Source: Phoronis australis
Taxonomy: Eukaryota > Animalia > Phoronida
DNA: 64,000 bases
Direction of reading: 5' to 3'
NCBI GenBank assembly: GCA_002633005.1
Contig: NMRA01000011.1
Location: 904,855 to 968,854 of the forward strand
Position 1 is the first letter of the stretch, and each line of letters starts with the position of its first letter. A model generated the notes under the pieces. That model ran no database searches. It saw only the letters and a program-made list of their open reading frames with translations, and was not told the origin of the DNA. Both the position numbers and the translations under genes were made by a program. Shown one piece after another: positions 10,568 to 25,500 of this stretch.

Positions 10568-13475
10568 AGCATTAAAATGAGACTGTTGAATCTTAAAGAT
10601 GTCTTCAAATTTACTCATTATAACAAAACAAAACTGCAAATTTGTGTTCAAAATATGTGAAGATAACTGCAATCACTCAATGCCTCACACAATAACTTAC
10701 TACAATAAAAGTTACATACTCGAGTATCACGGGGCTGCTTAATCTAGTTTTTCCTGAAATTTACAGAGAACAATGTAGCCTCGTGTTGTCTAATTTCAAA
10801 GACCAAACATGGGTGGTTTTGATAATCTGGCATATAACTTTCTCCCAAATGTATGGGTTACGATGACCTAAGGGACCATGTCTTCACATTGGATTGAAGC
10901 ATTTCTGGAGAATGGACCTGCGGATTGGGGGCTCTTGTGTTTTCGGTGCACCATATTGGTCCAAAAATGGGGTCACTTGATCCCAACAGAGTGTCGGCCA
11001 TCATGAAATGCAATAATTGTTCTCATCAGTGCCATTCTTTGATTTAGAGCAGTCGGGTCTACTTCCACAGCCTAAAATCTTAAGGTCGTAAAATGTTCAA
11101 AACCTGACATTTTAGCATTTGTGCGTACTTGCTTGTGGCACAAGGCTCGAAACTGGTGGCCAGTGGAGAGGTCAAAATTTGGGACTACCAGTGGGAGGGA
11201 TGGGAATAAGGAGGAAATATTGAAATTTGCAATTACCAGTCATGACAGTTGAATTGCGGGGATGATGACAAACTTGTTGGATACCACAGCGATTTGTACC
11301 TGTGTGATGTAAGACTATGAAAACGTGAAAACTGTAGCTGCATGGTCGTTCAGTTTGCGGCCATAATGCGCTCAGCTTGGTTAGATTCAGGCAGTTTCTT
11401 CGTAATGTACGACGACTTTAATTCTGAAGTAAAGCAACTAGTTTTGGCATTCACAAGGGTATCTTTCTGACGAGGGAGGGGTCTGACACAAAAATTGGGA
11501 TACCCACCATTTATAGAGTAGAAGAGAGCGCATGATTAAAGGGGTCCACTAGTTGGAGCATCAATGGTAGTCGCCTTTTAGTAAAATTTTTTTTTTCACA
11601 AGATAATCCTTTTGTTGAGATCGTAAGCCTGAACAAAAAACCTTTTGGACTGTATTCGTTTTTAGTAATACAGTCCTCAAAATGTGGCACTTCTGAGAGT
11701 TTTCTGGTAAAAAGGGACTCTTTTTGGGGTTTTGGAAATTTAATCAGAAAAGGCAGAGAGAGAATCTGATTGTGACTAGACTGTTATCCGTGTAAGCGAC
11801 ACCTCCCACGTGACACCTACGTAAAATAAGTACTCCGGCATTTTTGTGCATAATGCTCACAAAGTCTCTACGTCCTATTTGAAGAATGGAGCTATCGTCG
11901 GTTGTGAATAAATTTGTCAGTTAATCAAAGATCACGCAACATTTGCAGAATGAGAATGGAAAGGTGTGTTGGGTCCAAAAATAAATTGATTATCGAAATG
12001 GTGGACTTCCATTCGTTACACTTAGTTGCAGTATTACATGGGCATATAATGATTGACTGTAAATTGGACTTCGTAGCTTGGAACAAACGGGCCAAACTCG
12101 AGCTAAGCGTAGGGTTAATCCGCCACTGTGAACCATATTAAGTTGACCCATGTATGCTAAATAAGATAATAATTGCTTAAGATATTAATTAACTCTTACA
12201 TATGACAACCTAGGATATAAAAATACTGACATACACAGAAACATCAAAAACTTCCATACGACATGTGAAATCGCTGATAGCCCCAACACGTGACTTCAAC
12301 AATCAAGGATCAAAACAACTGGTTAATTAATACATAAATTAACTAACAACATCAGTACAATGCATCTTAACACTGACTGCAGGTACTGGCGCAATAGGCA
12401 CAAGTTAGCTGCCAGTATTGCCATCATTGAATTGGTTGAATGTTGGAGACATTGAACATATAGCACCTGCACAAAATAGTTGTGCAGTGGCACGAGACAA
12501 AAACAGCAATCACAGTTAGAAAAATAAATCTTACTTTCTTTTCAGACACAATCGCACACACTAACTGCGTGATTATCAGCCAGTGGTCTCCAACTAAAAT
12601 AGCTACACGTTACGAAAAATAATGTTTTGTTTTCACAAAAAATCACAACTCACAGTTTGACGTAACCAAACCTTGTACATAAATTCACATTTTGGTTGTT
12701 AAAGCTGTACTTGTGAAACGAAGTTCAAGATTAGGCTTTAACTAATGGCTGTGATCATTCAAAAGTGAAATGAAGTTAGTAACAGAGTACACAAAATAGG
12801 TAGTGTAAACCTGCATTCAAGTGTGTACGAGACACGTCACAATTTTCTTTTGATCCCCAGCTAGACGAGGCCACAGCCAATAGAGAGAGTTGTGACATGT
12901 CGTAGGTTTTGAAGTTATGTTCATATTTATCAATTATCAACATCTCTAGTGTCACACATTACACAGAAGACGGCATAAGACATGCTAGATAAAACTTTAT
13001 CAAACATACAGCATATAACATCCCAGCAAAAAATTTTATCAAATAGCAGTCCAGTATAGGCTACCGTAGAGCATAACCCAACAAGTAGCAAAAGCAACAT
13101 TGGTAATAAAATTACAATGACTGTCAGAAACATGCATCAACTGCAAAAATTTAATACTCAACATCCAACTTATTCAGTAACTCTTGGCTAAACATTTCTA
13201 AACTAAGGAAGAAATAAAAGCGTCACTTTAGTGCAACGCAGCTGGTTTAATGAAGATGGTTGATAACATTAATGAAATTTTATAGCTCCAGTACAAACAG
13301 AATACTGATAACAATATAAGATCAAAGTCAACGTCAAAGACTATCAAGTTGTTCTTAAGTGTTGGACAAGTGTCTCATGACTTACTGATGCTTTGCAAGA
13401 TAAATTCATTGTTAAAAGTTATCATTTGCAGAGCTCATCACTCATCTGATAAATAATTACACTCAATTCTTTTCA

Positions 13476-13548
13476 TCAATGGATCCTCGGAGCTGATCGG
13501 TCATTTGTTGCAGTTTTCTTCAGCTTCACGTTGGCAAACATATTTGTC
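13476..13548 (-). CDS. BAIAP2: BAIAP2-like terminal exon (WH2-like)
   Basis: TNMFANVKLKKTATNDRSAPRIH*; matches the IRTKS/IRSp53 VKLRPTVTNDRSAP tail. Confidence 0.92.
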
Positions 13549-16500
13549 CTAAATAGACAAATAAATAACTAAATAAGCTTTAGAAACAAGACCCTTGAGT
13601 ACAACAATTTGACCTTCGAACCAATCAAACAGCTTTTGCCCATAATGTTTTATATATGCGCGAAACAGTTAAAGCAAGAACTGTTTATTAGTGTTATTAT
13701 TAATGTAAACTATAAGTCATCCAGTACATAGAATAGAGGAAAAATTATAAATCTGTACTGGACGTACTTGAGAAAGAAACACCAACATTTTGTCAGTAAC
13801 TGCTGACTTTGTCAAGACTGTAACAACATCTGTTGGAGATAGTTGAGAATGAGATAAACAGTGGGAAATCTTCGGTAGCACTCGATCTCATGTGTGTGAC
13901 AAATTAAATCTGAGTCCACCTCTCTTGTACAGGAGGAAAATTCAGTTCACACTTTTTACACCGCATTCAAACCAGTTTTTCTACTTGTCCAAAATCAATA
14001 CATCATTCAGGTCAAAAATATGACCCGATTCCTAACAATAGGTGAACACAGCTGAGTTGCAGGTGTCACCATAGTTAAATTTCTCGCCATTTATCTCATT
14101 CTCAACTGCCATTGCTGTTTCTTTCTTGAGTAAGTCCAGTACAGGTTTATAATCTTTCCTGAGTTTATTATTAATCTTAACAATTCATTCCTTGAGTTTG
14201 TTCCTCACCCCTTCAAAGCCCAGGATTGCTATTCAGGCGTGTAATTCAAATTTAGAATACAAGGTAACTTACGAAGATTCTTCTTCATCATAATCAGCTA
14301 CTGGTGGTGGTGGAGGCGGTAAGGGTGGCGACGGGACACTGGCCATTGGCGACTCAACGTATCTTGGTAGACCATGTGATGGGTTCAAGTTCACACTCGC
14401 ATATGGTGAGGCACCTGGCACAAGCTGACTCTCTGCATAATGGCTGCCATGTTGCCTGGCTGGAGACGGTGAATAATGGTTCCCTCTGGCACCGGGATTA
14501 TCGAAAGGTGGCGGTGGCGGTGGCAGGCCGTTGTTTGGCACGTGGACTGGGCTGCTGGCGTACATGGTCCGGTGATCCATAGCTGTGAAGAAATATTCAG
14601 TGTCAACAGAGAAAGAGTAGAATCCAGGATATCCATTGATTGCCAGGCTAAACATTTCAAATAAAAATGTTACAAACAAGAACCATAAGGAGAGACCTCT
14701 GTGTTTCATTAACAGAACTGATATTAATGAATTGATTAATAATTCGTTTTAAACAATATTTGTGTATCTTCTAACATCTACCTCTAATGGAAAAGTAACG
14801 AATCTTATCTGACAAAACAAAGACCTCCGATTCTTGGCAAGCAACAATATTATATAACCTTCAAATTTCAAATTTAGTTTATTAACACAATGTAAGTTAC
14901 CAAGTTTGAATTTCATAATGCTCTCCCTCCAACTGGCTTCCTCAAAAATATCAAACAGAACTGAAGTCATACATTCTGTATCACAAAGTAGAAGCACATA
15001 CATTAGACCTATGGCATGCATTAAGAATATAGTGCAGTTCTGCTCTTTTTTATCAAATTGACTGAGGTGTCAAGGAAACAATGTGCTTAAGACTACACCC
15101 CAAATGGTTTGCTTCTAGGGGTGTTGATCAGTATCATGGTCATTAGATGGCACAGATCTACAGGCAACCATGACATAACAAGTCGCCACTAGGAGGCACT
15201 GCAGTAGTCGGATCCTCCGAGCAAGTAAACAAGAATATCCTTCTCTAATTTCTAAAAGCTACTGCAATGGGTTTAGGAGATACAGACGCAGATGCCACTA
15301 AGTCCACTAGGGGCACCAAAGTGGTTGGACCCAACTAAAAATCTACATTACCAGTAACACATCAGCCAATTGTCATGATGATCATCTAAGCGGTTTGGTG
15401 GATACACACAGAAGACTCAAAAATAATAAAAATGGCCACTGGGTAGCGCAGAATACGTCAAATCTATTCCAAAATCGGAAACCCTTGTCGTTTCCATACA
15501 AGAAACTTGTTATTTTCATTTCATTAAAAACCGTAGAACGCTGAAGATACAGAGGCAAATATGAAGAATTACAATTCCCGTCAGAGTAGTCCAAAAGAAA
15601 GGGCATCTGCAGTCACTTTTATAGGAAAACACTTGCAAATTTTCACAAAGATCCTGCAAAAGATGTAGGTTGCATTGGATGCAAAGAGAAAACAACCACT
15701 AGGGGTCACCAAAGTTGTCAGACCCCATTGAACAAAAATCAATGTTGGTCATAGTTTTCTCATTAGGAACAAGAATCATTTTTGAGCAGTAAGACAGATG
15801 AAGAGACAAACAACAAAAAACAGACTCAAAATAATAAAAATGACCAATAGGTGATGCAGGATACAGCGAATCCACATCAAAATGGAAAGGTTTCATCGTC
15901 TCCTTAACAGTAACCTGTAATCTAAATTTCACTAAAATCCATCCACTAATTCTAAAGATACAGTACCAAATGTAAAAACTAAAACTGCCACTAGGGGGCA
16001 CAGTGTTAGTCAAACTGGTCCACAACTCATCATCTGTAGTCAGCTGCACAGGAACACACATGCCAAGTTTCATTAAGATTCTATGAGGGTTACAGCCAGT
16101 GGATGCCAGATGTCGGGACGCTCGAAGATGACGACGATATGCACCCATATATGTATATCAAGGAGCTAATAAGTCTATTCTGAAGTGCCGACATGCACAC
16201 GACATGACTAAACCTTGTAGGAAACCATCCTAACTGACTCCCCTTATTTTTCAACTTTCAAAATTAGGATTGCGTGTTCACCTGATGTTGGAGGAGACTG
16301 ACTGTGGTTTGCAGATGTCATGGTACTGGATGGTGGCATCGTCTGAGGTGGAGGTGGAGCACCTGGCTAGAAATGGGGACAAAATGTTAATACAACACGA
16401 ACACACAAAATGGAACACAATATGGCGACAGCAAGGGTAAACAAGAAGATAATTTTATTCGATTATTTAAACATTTATATAGTTTAGGAAAGTTTATGAT

Positions 16501-19500
16501 AATAAAACGAGCTCATTTATTAGTAGTAAAAATTTAAAATCGGTCACAGGAATTAAAATTTTGCAATAAAAAACATTGCATACATAGAGCACGACTGAGC
16601 TTCAAGAATTAGAAAGTATTGGAGTTAATTAAGCAATGGGTAAAAAGGATCTTATAAAAACACCAAACCACTATTTGCCTTAATATTTTTTTAAATGTGC
16701 TAAATAATTTGAAAAGCATATGCATTATATCAAATTTCAGTCAGTTAGTGAATGTCACACCAAATCGATAGCGAAGTGTGTTTAAACGAAGAGTGAAGCC
16801 AATGTAGGTCTCACCTAATCGTTACAATAAGTTAGATAACCCCACACCGTGTTTCTGACTGCACCACATGGTTAGTATGAATCAACGCAGTTTTTAACGC
16901 AAACTGTTAGTAGTGTCGACATAGTTACTGAGTGGTTCAAGATGAACTGAATGAGAGGCCAATTACTGGCAGTGTAACATTAGGAATACAAATGACATCA
17001 AAATTTCAGACTAAAATATACACTCAAGTGTAGTGTGAGAGTCAAAGATGTATTTTTAATAAACAAAGTGACATTTGCTGGGTCCTTCTCATTTCAATTC
17101 ACAACGAGTTGGTATAGATTCATTTAGTATGAAATAAAGAAAATTACTTTTAATCCCAAGGAGTGTGTTTCTCACAGTCAATGCAAAATGTAAGATGTGT
17201 AGAGCAATTATCGCTCACCAATCCAGCTACCATTATAGTGAATTTTAGTAAATAGCATAACTAAGATTAATATTAAAAGCAAACAAGTCAAATACAAGAC
17301 TGTGAAGTGAAATACTGGTTTAAAGTGTTATCAGTTTAGTACTAGATTTCCTAAAACCCACTTTCCTTCTGTTACGAAAACCTACATTAACCTCCCACGT
17401 GACTATATGCCTGAAAAGCAACAATACATATTTACACATGCTGGAGTCGTTTTGCATAAGACACTACAAAATATAATCAGAAAAGTAATGCATGCTGGGA
17501 GTACAAGGCACGCATGCAAAGCAATATGTAAGTTTCACGTCAACCTTTCAGAAATTCGTTCTAATTGATCCTCACCTGTCAGTCATTTCTACAGACAACT
17601 ACATAATAGACAGTGTGGGGGCAGACATTCACACATGAGAGTGGTCACAACTATACCTCATGCTGGGACAGTACCTGTGGCCAGATCACACCAGAACTAC
17701 ACTAGACATAATTATGCTCTATTTAGAGCGTAACTTTAACACAGAGCAAACTCGCAGGACACAAGAGGATTGCTGTTAGCACCGATTTGAAATAGTTGAT
17801 CAAGAACCAGTTTGCGAACAAACTTTATTCACCTTGTCAGTTCACATGGAACAAAACGACCCAGCATAACTGTACAAATGGGTAACAAATTCAGTTTAAA
17901 CGGGAATAATTGTGCCACGTCAGTTTGCGCCAAGTCAAAGAAGTCACGTGAACAGTACAATGGCTTTAGATCACCAATAGTTACAGGGCGTGCAGTAACA
18001 GTGACAGAGACAAGGGTCAGCATGCCGTTGTACCTGCCAGTGTGGGAGGTTGCCTAGCGATGAGTGGCTGAAGCGAGGGTCCTCGTATATAGTGTGGGGT
18101 CGGGGATTGGCTACATTAGATGGGTGGTGACCAGACCACACCACACGATAGTCAGCCCACTGATAAGTCTATGGCCAGGGAGAGAAGCAGAAGATACAAC
18201 TATATAAATCTGTTCACATCTTAAAACCAAACAGAAAAATAATGTCCACCTAGTAAAAACTCCAAATTAATTACAATGTTGCAGCAGACCTAGAATGAGC
18301 TTTGTGCAATAAAAAACAAAAGCACAGTCAATTATTAAGTTATGAAAATTGTCATATTGTTTGTAGGTAAGACAATTTGCACATTCCATCAAATTTTCGC
18401 ACTATGCTGATCACTGCCTATAACGATTCTCTACCAAAATCTCATCAAAGCTTACCTGCTGGGGATTCTGACGTTGAAGTGAGTAACTTCTGCTGTCGTC
18501 TGCTTGTGGCGGTTCCTGTCGTATCAGGGGTCGAGTGGTAGGCATGGTGCGACTGCGCGGGTCAACAGAGCCATACCCATGGAATCCCGGCACTGGATCA
18601 GCTGGAGGAAGGACGGTGATGATGTCATCGTCCGGCCCATCCACAAGGTCAATCATACTCTTTGCTCGCTGATTAAGACTGAATGATTAATTAACAAGTT
18701 ATCAGTGGTCAGTCAAAATGCCTATTGTGTGTAAATGATAACCAATAATTTACAACAGTCTGCACAATTACGAGCCATGATGCAGACTAGTTACACCCTC
18801 CGAGCCCAAAACTTTTCACAAGACAACGAGCACACATGGCATTTTCTAGTCGAACATGGTACTCTAGACTGGAAGTAACACACTGCTTAATAGGATATTA
18901 CATTGCAAGACACAACTGTATTCATTTGAGAACTTGTGTCCATGATCAAGAGATCAGTACTTGGCCATATTAACTTAAAATCCAACACACAGACTCACAA
19001 GTGTCTGTGTAAACTCGGAGCTTTTAGCTAGTGAATACTTTGGAGCAAATACCTTTTCTGGTTTGTGTCAAATGGCTCAGTGAAAGAAAGTGGAAACCAA
19101 CCCATCCTGAAAAGGATGACAGACAAAGGTTAGAGAGTAAAACCATCATAAATTTGACTACTCTGCATAAACAACCAAACTGAAGAAACTGAAGTTACAG
19201 AACAAGATAATTTATAACGTTACAATAGGTAAGTCAACAATACTGACAAGAAAGATACTAACTATAAATTTGATATCAGTGATTCCTCAATTTCCTTTTT
19301 CTTTATGGCTGACTCAATTCACTTGATAGTTCCATAATTTTCTTTATACTTGAAATTTAAGGTTGAACAGCGAAGTTGCTACAACTACTAAAATCATGTA
19401 ATGACGTCGAACACATCACGTGTCAGGTGCAACATTTGATGACTCACTTGTGAATCTTGATGTTTTCACCATAATGCCAGCCATCTTTCTTGTCACCAAT

Positions 19501-22500
19501 CAGCCTGATAATGTCACCAGAATTGAATGATAACTGGGTCTCTGCTTTGGTCACATGATCGTACAAGGCTCGCACGTGTGGCTGTTGGGCAGGGGGCGCT
19601 GGAGGTGGTACTGTGATACTACGTGGTAGCGTAGTACCTGCAATTATCAATAACATATCATAAATCTCCAACAGAAGTACGTGACCTTTTAGCGAAAATC
19701 CTTTACTTTCAACAAAACATGAGAAACATAAAATCACAGGGAACATTTTCAAACCTCGAGCATAAGACTGCTTCATCACACAGTGTTTAAGGCCAAGTTC
19801 TTTGCGACTACATACAGAGGCACATGGCTAGAACAAGTAGTTGACTACACCCCTGGAACAAATGGTTTCCAGGGCTTCAGCTTCACCGCCAGTCCAAAGT
19901 TTTTACTTCAAACAGAGTAGCAGGCCAGAACAGTGACACTGAATACAAGTACTGTGCACACGTGACATGCTACAATTCATCACTGTTGTCCAGAAAGTTG
20001 ACAAAGCAAGTGGCGAATGTGAAAGAGAACGAGAACATCATTAAAAAAAATTGCGTTTCAACACGGCCACAGGACCCGCCAGGAAATAAGTGTTCAATTC
20101 AAGCAAGTGCAATGAGGAATGGATGAGAACACTACTCACATCACAGGTTAAGTTGAAATTCACTCGAGGCATAACACGCACACACGAAATCTGGTGAAAG
20201 GCTGCATAGGTACCAACTGAAGTTAGTATAATTTTAACTGATTTTGTGAGCTGATAACATACCTTTAGCTCAAGAATTCACTTAAAATGCTCATGGCCTC
20301 ACAATTAATCAGCTCGATCACACGTTACAGCACAGAAAATTAAAATAAGGCTCCTTCTTACCCCTAAACATCACTCTAGTGCTAGGTTCAATCAACTGCA
20401 TTAAGCAGGTATGTTACACTGCGGTCTGAAGGCAGACTGCTATTTGATTTATTTTTAAGTAGGATAAAGATCATAGGACAACGACCGCGAGCTCACACTT
20501 AACATCGGCTGTACCAACACCTAATTGTTACACAAGGTGCAATAGCGTCATTGATTGTTAGGTTCATGATCATGAACCTGTGAAACACCACATCAACAGA
20601 GTTAACAACTCGGCAAAGCAAAGGGAAATAAAGATCGCCATAGGGACAGATAAAAATAATATTCTTCAACCATAGACAGTTTGAAAAGAAAAAATTCAGA
20701 GAATATTCATCTCTGCAGGTCGTAATTGTCAAACACAAACCCCCTTCAATACAAACAGTATACACCCTAGCAGTCAATAGTGTGACGTACTGTCCTTCCC
20801 CTAACCAAATGGTCTGGCTTGGTACAACCAATATTGACCAAAAAAAGAACTTCCTATGTCTATTGCGGTCTCAACAGAGCGTCACTTCTTGTGTAATTGC
20901 TTCACCACTTGCCACAGAATTAACCAAATACCAAAGATCAGCAGCCCCACAGCCACACCTCAATGAAACACACTGAAATCCCTTAGTTTGAAAGGCCACA
21001 CCACGCAAGTTACCAAGTCTGGAATACGACTTCAAGAGCATTCCTTAAAGATAAGACAACAACGACAAACAAATTAGTCCCGACTTAGTTTGACTGGTTT
21101 GCCATAGTTTCCTGACTAACAATGTGCAATACGAAAGATGTGATATGACAAGAAATCAAAGTAAACCACAATTTTCTCTCACTATTTGAGAAAGAGTACA
21201 ATAATTCATGACAAAACAAGTACAATTGAATATTCAACAACATTGTTTTCAGCAAACATAAAAGTACAATTTTGTGTCAGTGAAATGTCTTTAGTACGCA
21301 GGAACTTCCAGAAGCTAAAAATTAAACAGAAAGATTTTGGAAGGTAGACTGTGAGTCCTTCTACATACCTGTTCCATTTGATCTCGTTTCAGCGATGTCT
21401 GTCATAGAACGTGGTCTTCCATTGGCTAGTTTGTCGTAAGTGTGATGATCAGTTGGCTGTCTGTGCAACGAGTCAAATTTGGTCTGTCTCAGGTCAGTGA
21501 TGGAGTTGGTCTGATGCTCATCTTCGGCATTCTACAATCAGTCAAGACGTCACCATAACATTAAAAATATTTCAAACTGAAAACAGGAGTGCAGGAACGC
21601 TTTTGTGTTTGTTCTATCAATGAATAAATTAAGCAAAAAACAGCAATAAACTTAAGAAGAATAACACGGAGCGTTCACATGCCCCCCGTGACATATGCGC
21701 CACTGCCCCTAAGATATGTGCCCCTGTAAGTATTCCAAATGGTAAACATACAATGGGAGTTCAACGATGGACATTATTATTTATCCAGGCGAATGACTAG
21801 ATACAAAAAAATTATAAATCACAAGTTTTGGACCTTACTACAAAGTACGTGCGGAGCTGCCTGGCTCTTACTGGGGATTGATGACTGACTCGTTCCTGTG
21901 AAAATTTCACTAGCCTCTACCGGTGTTCATAGACAACAACTGCAAGGCCCTCGACCACGTTCGGGACAGATTTAAGTTGTGTGACTCGTGTACACACAGA
22001 GTAACTATAGTCCAATACACACAGAATAACAATAGTCCAATACACTCAGAGTAATTATAGCACATGAATAACAAAAATTTGGTGTAAGAAAAAAATTTTT
22101 ATGGACCACTTTACTCACCTCATTTGAAATAGCCAATAAATTTTGTGCATTTTCCGGAAGTTGCGCTGGATCTTTGTACAGGGCAGTCCACTCGACTAGT
22201 CTGTGACTCAACATTTCCTGAGACTACAACAGAAAAAAAAGCTGTGAGAGTAACTTTTTTAAAGCTTACCTCACTCCACGTCAAAGCATAAGGGGTGCAT
22301 TCACCAACACCTGACATTCAGAGGCAGAAACAAATTTTCTGCAACAGAAATAGTGCGCTTACGGACTTTACTCATAATTTAACATTCCAACACTGATCAC
22401 AGCCAGTTGATGGCATTTGGCTAGGTTGCAAGCATTCCCCTAAAACCCCGCTTTTCACGAGCGTGACCAAAAATCCTGCTAAACTGACAAGATATTAGCC

Positions 22501-25500
22501 TAAATGAGAAACCAAAGCATAAAACCCGATGGCTCCATATTGAGAAAGTACTCACCTTACTATGATGCGTAGCATAAGCACGCACCATACAACACATGCG
22601 GTCTAACACGAAACTGTAGCGCTTGCGTTCCTCCAACATCACTTTCTTCAGTCCTCGTAGACGAAAGCTGTCCACCTTGGTGCGACATTCATCAGCCAAT
22701 CGTAAACACTGGATAATACAAACAGGCAGATTTGAGACACTCTATTAGATGAGCAACTTCTTGTCCTTCAGTGACAGTTGTTACCGACTACATCACATTC
22801 CACACTGTCTGACAAATAAACACTTTTACTGATTAAAAAGATTAAAGGTTTTCAAAAATGATGAAATATCTTTTAGTCTGTACAAAAACTAGAAAAGAAT
22901 TATAGGCAAGCATGAGTCATCTGCACACATTCATTAGTATTGAAATCATCAAATCAAAATTAAATGTCGTAAGTCTAACTTTGATCTCAGTAAACACAAT
23001 GTTAAAACTCTCACTGTGATCGCCACAAAACAGTAAGAAAGTGCAGACATGACACCAGCAGTACTACATCTAATGGATACTCCAGTGGACGTGTTGCTCA
23101 CACCAAGAGAGGAAAACAGAGAGGAAAACGTGACAGTTGGAATGAAAGACATTAACACACTCATCATGTTATCAGGAAAATGTTGTCATCAGAAATTCCA
23201 ATAGTACAAAGCTTGAATTTTTTTAATTAATTACAAAATGTTTCATTCAAAATGTGTTCGTTGCAAGGTATCAGCCTAACGACCGTCCACAAACCTGCAT
23301 CTCCTTGGCATCCTGCCCAAACCCCTTGGTCTTGTTTTTCCGTCGTACTTTCTTCAAGTTACTTGTGGCCTTGTCATACGAACTGACCAATAGTTTGTGG
23401 CCATTTGCATACTTCTTGTGTTCAAGCTGAAAAACACAAAGCGTTTGGTGGTAATGGAGTGCAAACCATATGACAGACATTCTAACTACAGTGCTATATA
23501 ATCTATTCCATTTACTTATAAAAATAAAAACAAATGCTTGAAGTTTAATTGAAAATTTGACTGCCACAAACAGTAAGCAGATTTCTATAATATTTTTCTG
23601 AACCGTCATAATAAATTTATACCATTACCATTCCTTGTTACACTGAGAAATGTTTGAGAGCAATTATTTACAAGTAAATAAGATGTAAGTGAGTTATATG
23701 TACTTACTGACAAATTCTTGAACTCGCTATCCTGCTTCGTTTCCAAGGGTATGAGCAAATCTCTGGTCACTGCCTTCAGCTTCAATGAGACAAAGTGGCC
23801 ACTCAGTATATTATTGACTGAATTTACCACAAGTTTCCTTGTGGCAATGAACACCTTTTCACAAAAAGAAGAAAAAAATTCCAAAAGTGAACGATCTGTT
23901 CAGATGCACCACTTGAAGTGTGTGAAATTTTGGTCGCGAGTAATTCCCACACTGAAAACAGTCTACAAGTGAAGGACATGTTATCACACTTCACACAACC
24001 TTTAAAATTTATGATATGTCAGCATTGCAAATCACTATGAAATAGTAAAAATTTATTGGCAGCAGACAGACTAATGGCAAATTAAATGTCATGTAAAATA
24101 GGGGTTAGCAAGGCAGCTGTGTACAGCTGCGACCCCAGTGCTCAACTGACATGCAGCACTGAGCTGGTGCGAGTAGATACTGTAGAATCAGATTTTACGC
24201 TGTGTCATTTCTGAAAGTGCAAATTAAGTATGATCTCTGGAGTTTGAGACCACTTCCATACCTTTATGTGGTCTACATCATAAATTAGCCTTTGACGGGC
24301 AATTATCCTCAGCCGTTCAAATAAAATCTGCAAAGCAGCACATTGGGGCAAACAGTTTCCTCTTCTAAGGTGTTTTACATAGACCACTTTATTTTATTTT
24401 ATTTTATTTTATTCTAGACATTCTACTCCAACATTTTCTGACTATTTCCACAGCACATACGGCTGACGAAAACGTCTCATCAGTTGTATAAAACATCTGA
24501 CTGGCCCAAGGGTGTTTCAGTATTGCAACTGCGCCACCTACAGGATCAACTAAATACCTAAAATGAACATAGAGTGCACCAGTACCAGCTGACCTCAGGT
24601 CAAGACTAAAAGAGCACAGGTCTGAACAACTTACCAAAGCAGCCTCAATAACAAACTGGGTCATTGAGTGTGTACAGGATCAATCAGACAAGATTATACA
24701 AGTCAAGATGGATTATGTAGGATTAGAAGTGTGAAGTATCAGGCTGTTTATTCAGGATGGTTTAAAATTCTTTCCAGGATGAAAGACATGTTTTGGTGCA
24801 TTTCTGGTGTCAAGAGATGACCAGCATCTTGATTTTAATTAACTGCATATCACATAGAATTTATTGGGAAGACTTAATTCTGTCCTAATCATTGCGAAAA
24901 TGGAACATTGTCTTGAGAAGGCTGTTAATGTGGATTGTAACTATTGCCTAGATCATACTGACGCAGTGGTTCGAAGGCCTATTCCTTTGTGAAAGAAACA
25001 TTTAAAGCAGACAAAAAGTAACCTTTCAGACGACATACTGTTTTTGAAAAGGACCATTCTTGCTCATATTTTCAAATAAAACAAAGAGTTTCAAATCAAA
25101 TAGACATTAGTCCATTTTTAAAACAACAAAAATTGTTTCAAAATGAACAAATATTTTGACGGAAGAAAAAACAAAACTTACGTTTTCCTCAATTTGTTTT
25201 TGTATTTCTCTGTACACTTCTGCCAACTGTAAGAAGGCTGAGCCTGTAATGAAAAAGGTGTTTAAGTAGGACAACTAACAGAAGCACATTTCTTCCAAGG
25301 GTAAAAAGGACAAAACAGCATGAAAAGACAGCATAAATCTAAGTCTAAATCGATGTTTCATCTTCTCAACAGGGGGCAATCGACAACATGCAGAAAGCTG
25401 CCAAGTGACGTTTAAAATAGGTCACGATACAAAGTTAAGTTTTCTGAAATTACAGCTGCAAATACCACATATAGTAAGCCAAAGTCCATAAATTCTTTAG

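Noticed and set aside
17570-17700. Possible microexons in a BAIAP2-like intron (e.g. cag|GTACTGTCCCAGCATGAG|gt)
   Set aside because: Short AG...GT matches arise by chance; no homology support.
24461-24486. CTGATGA-GACG-TTTT-CGTC hairpin (- strand) as a hammerhead
   Set aside because: Not followed by the required GAAA box.
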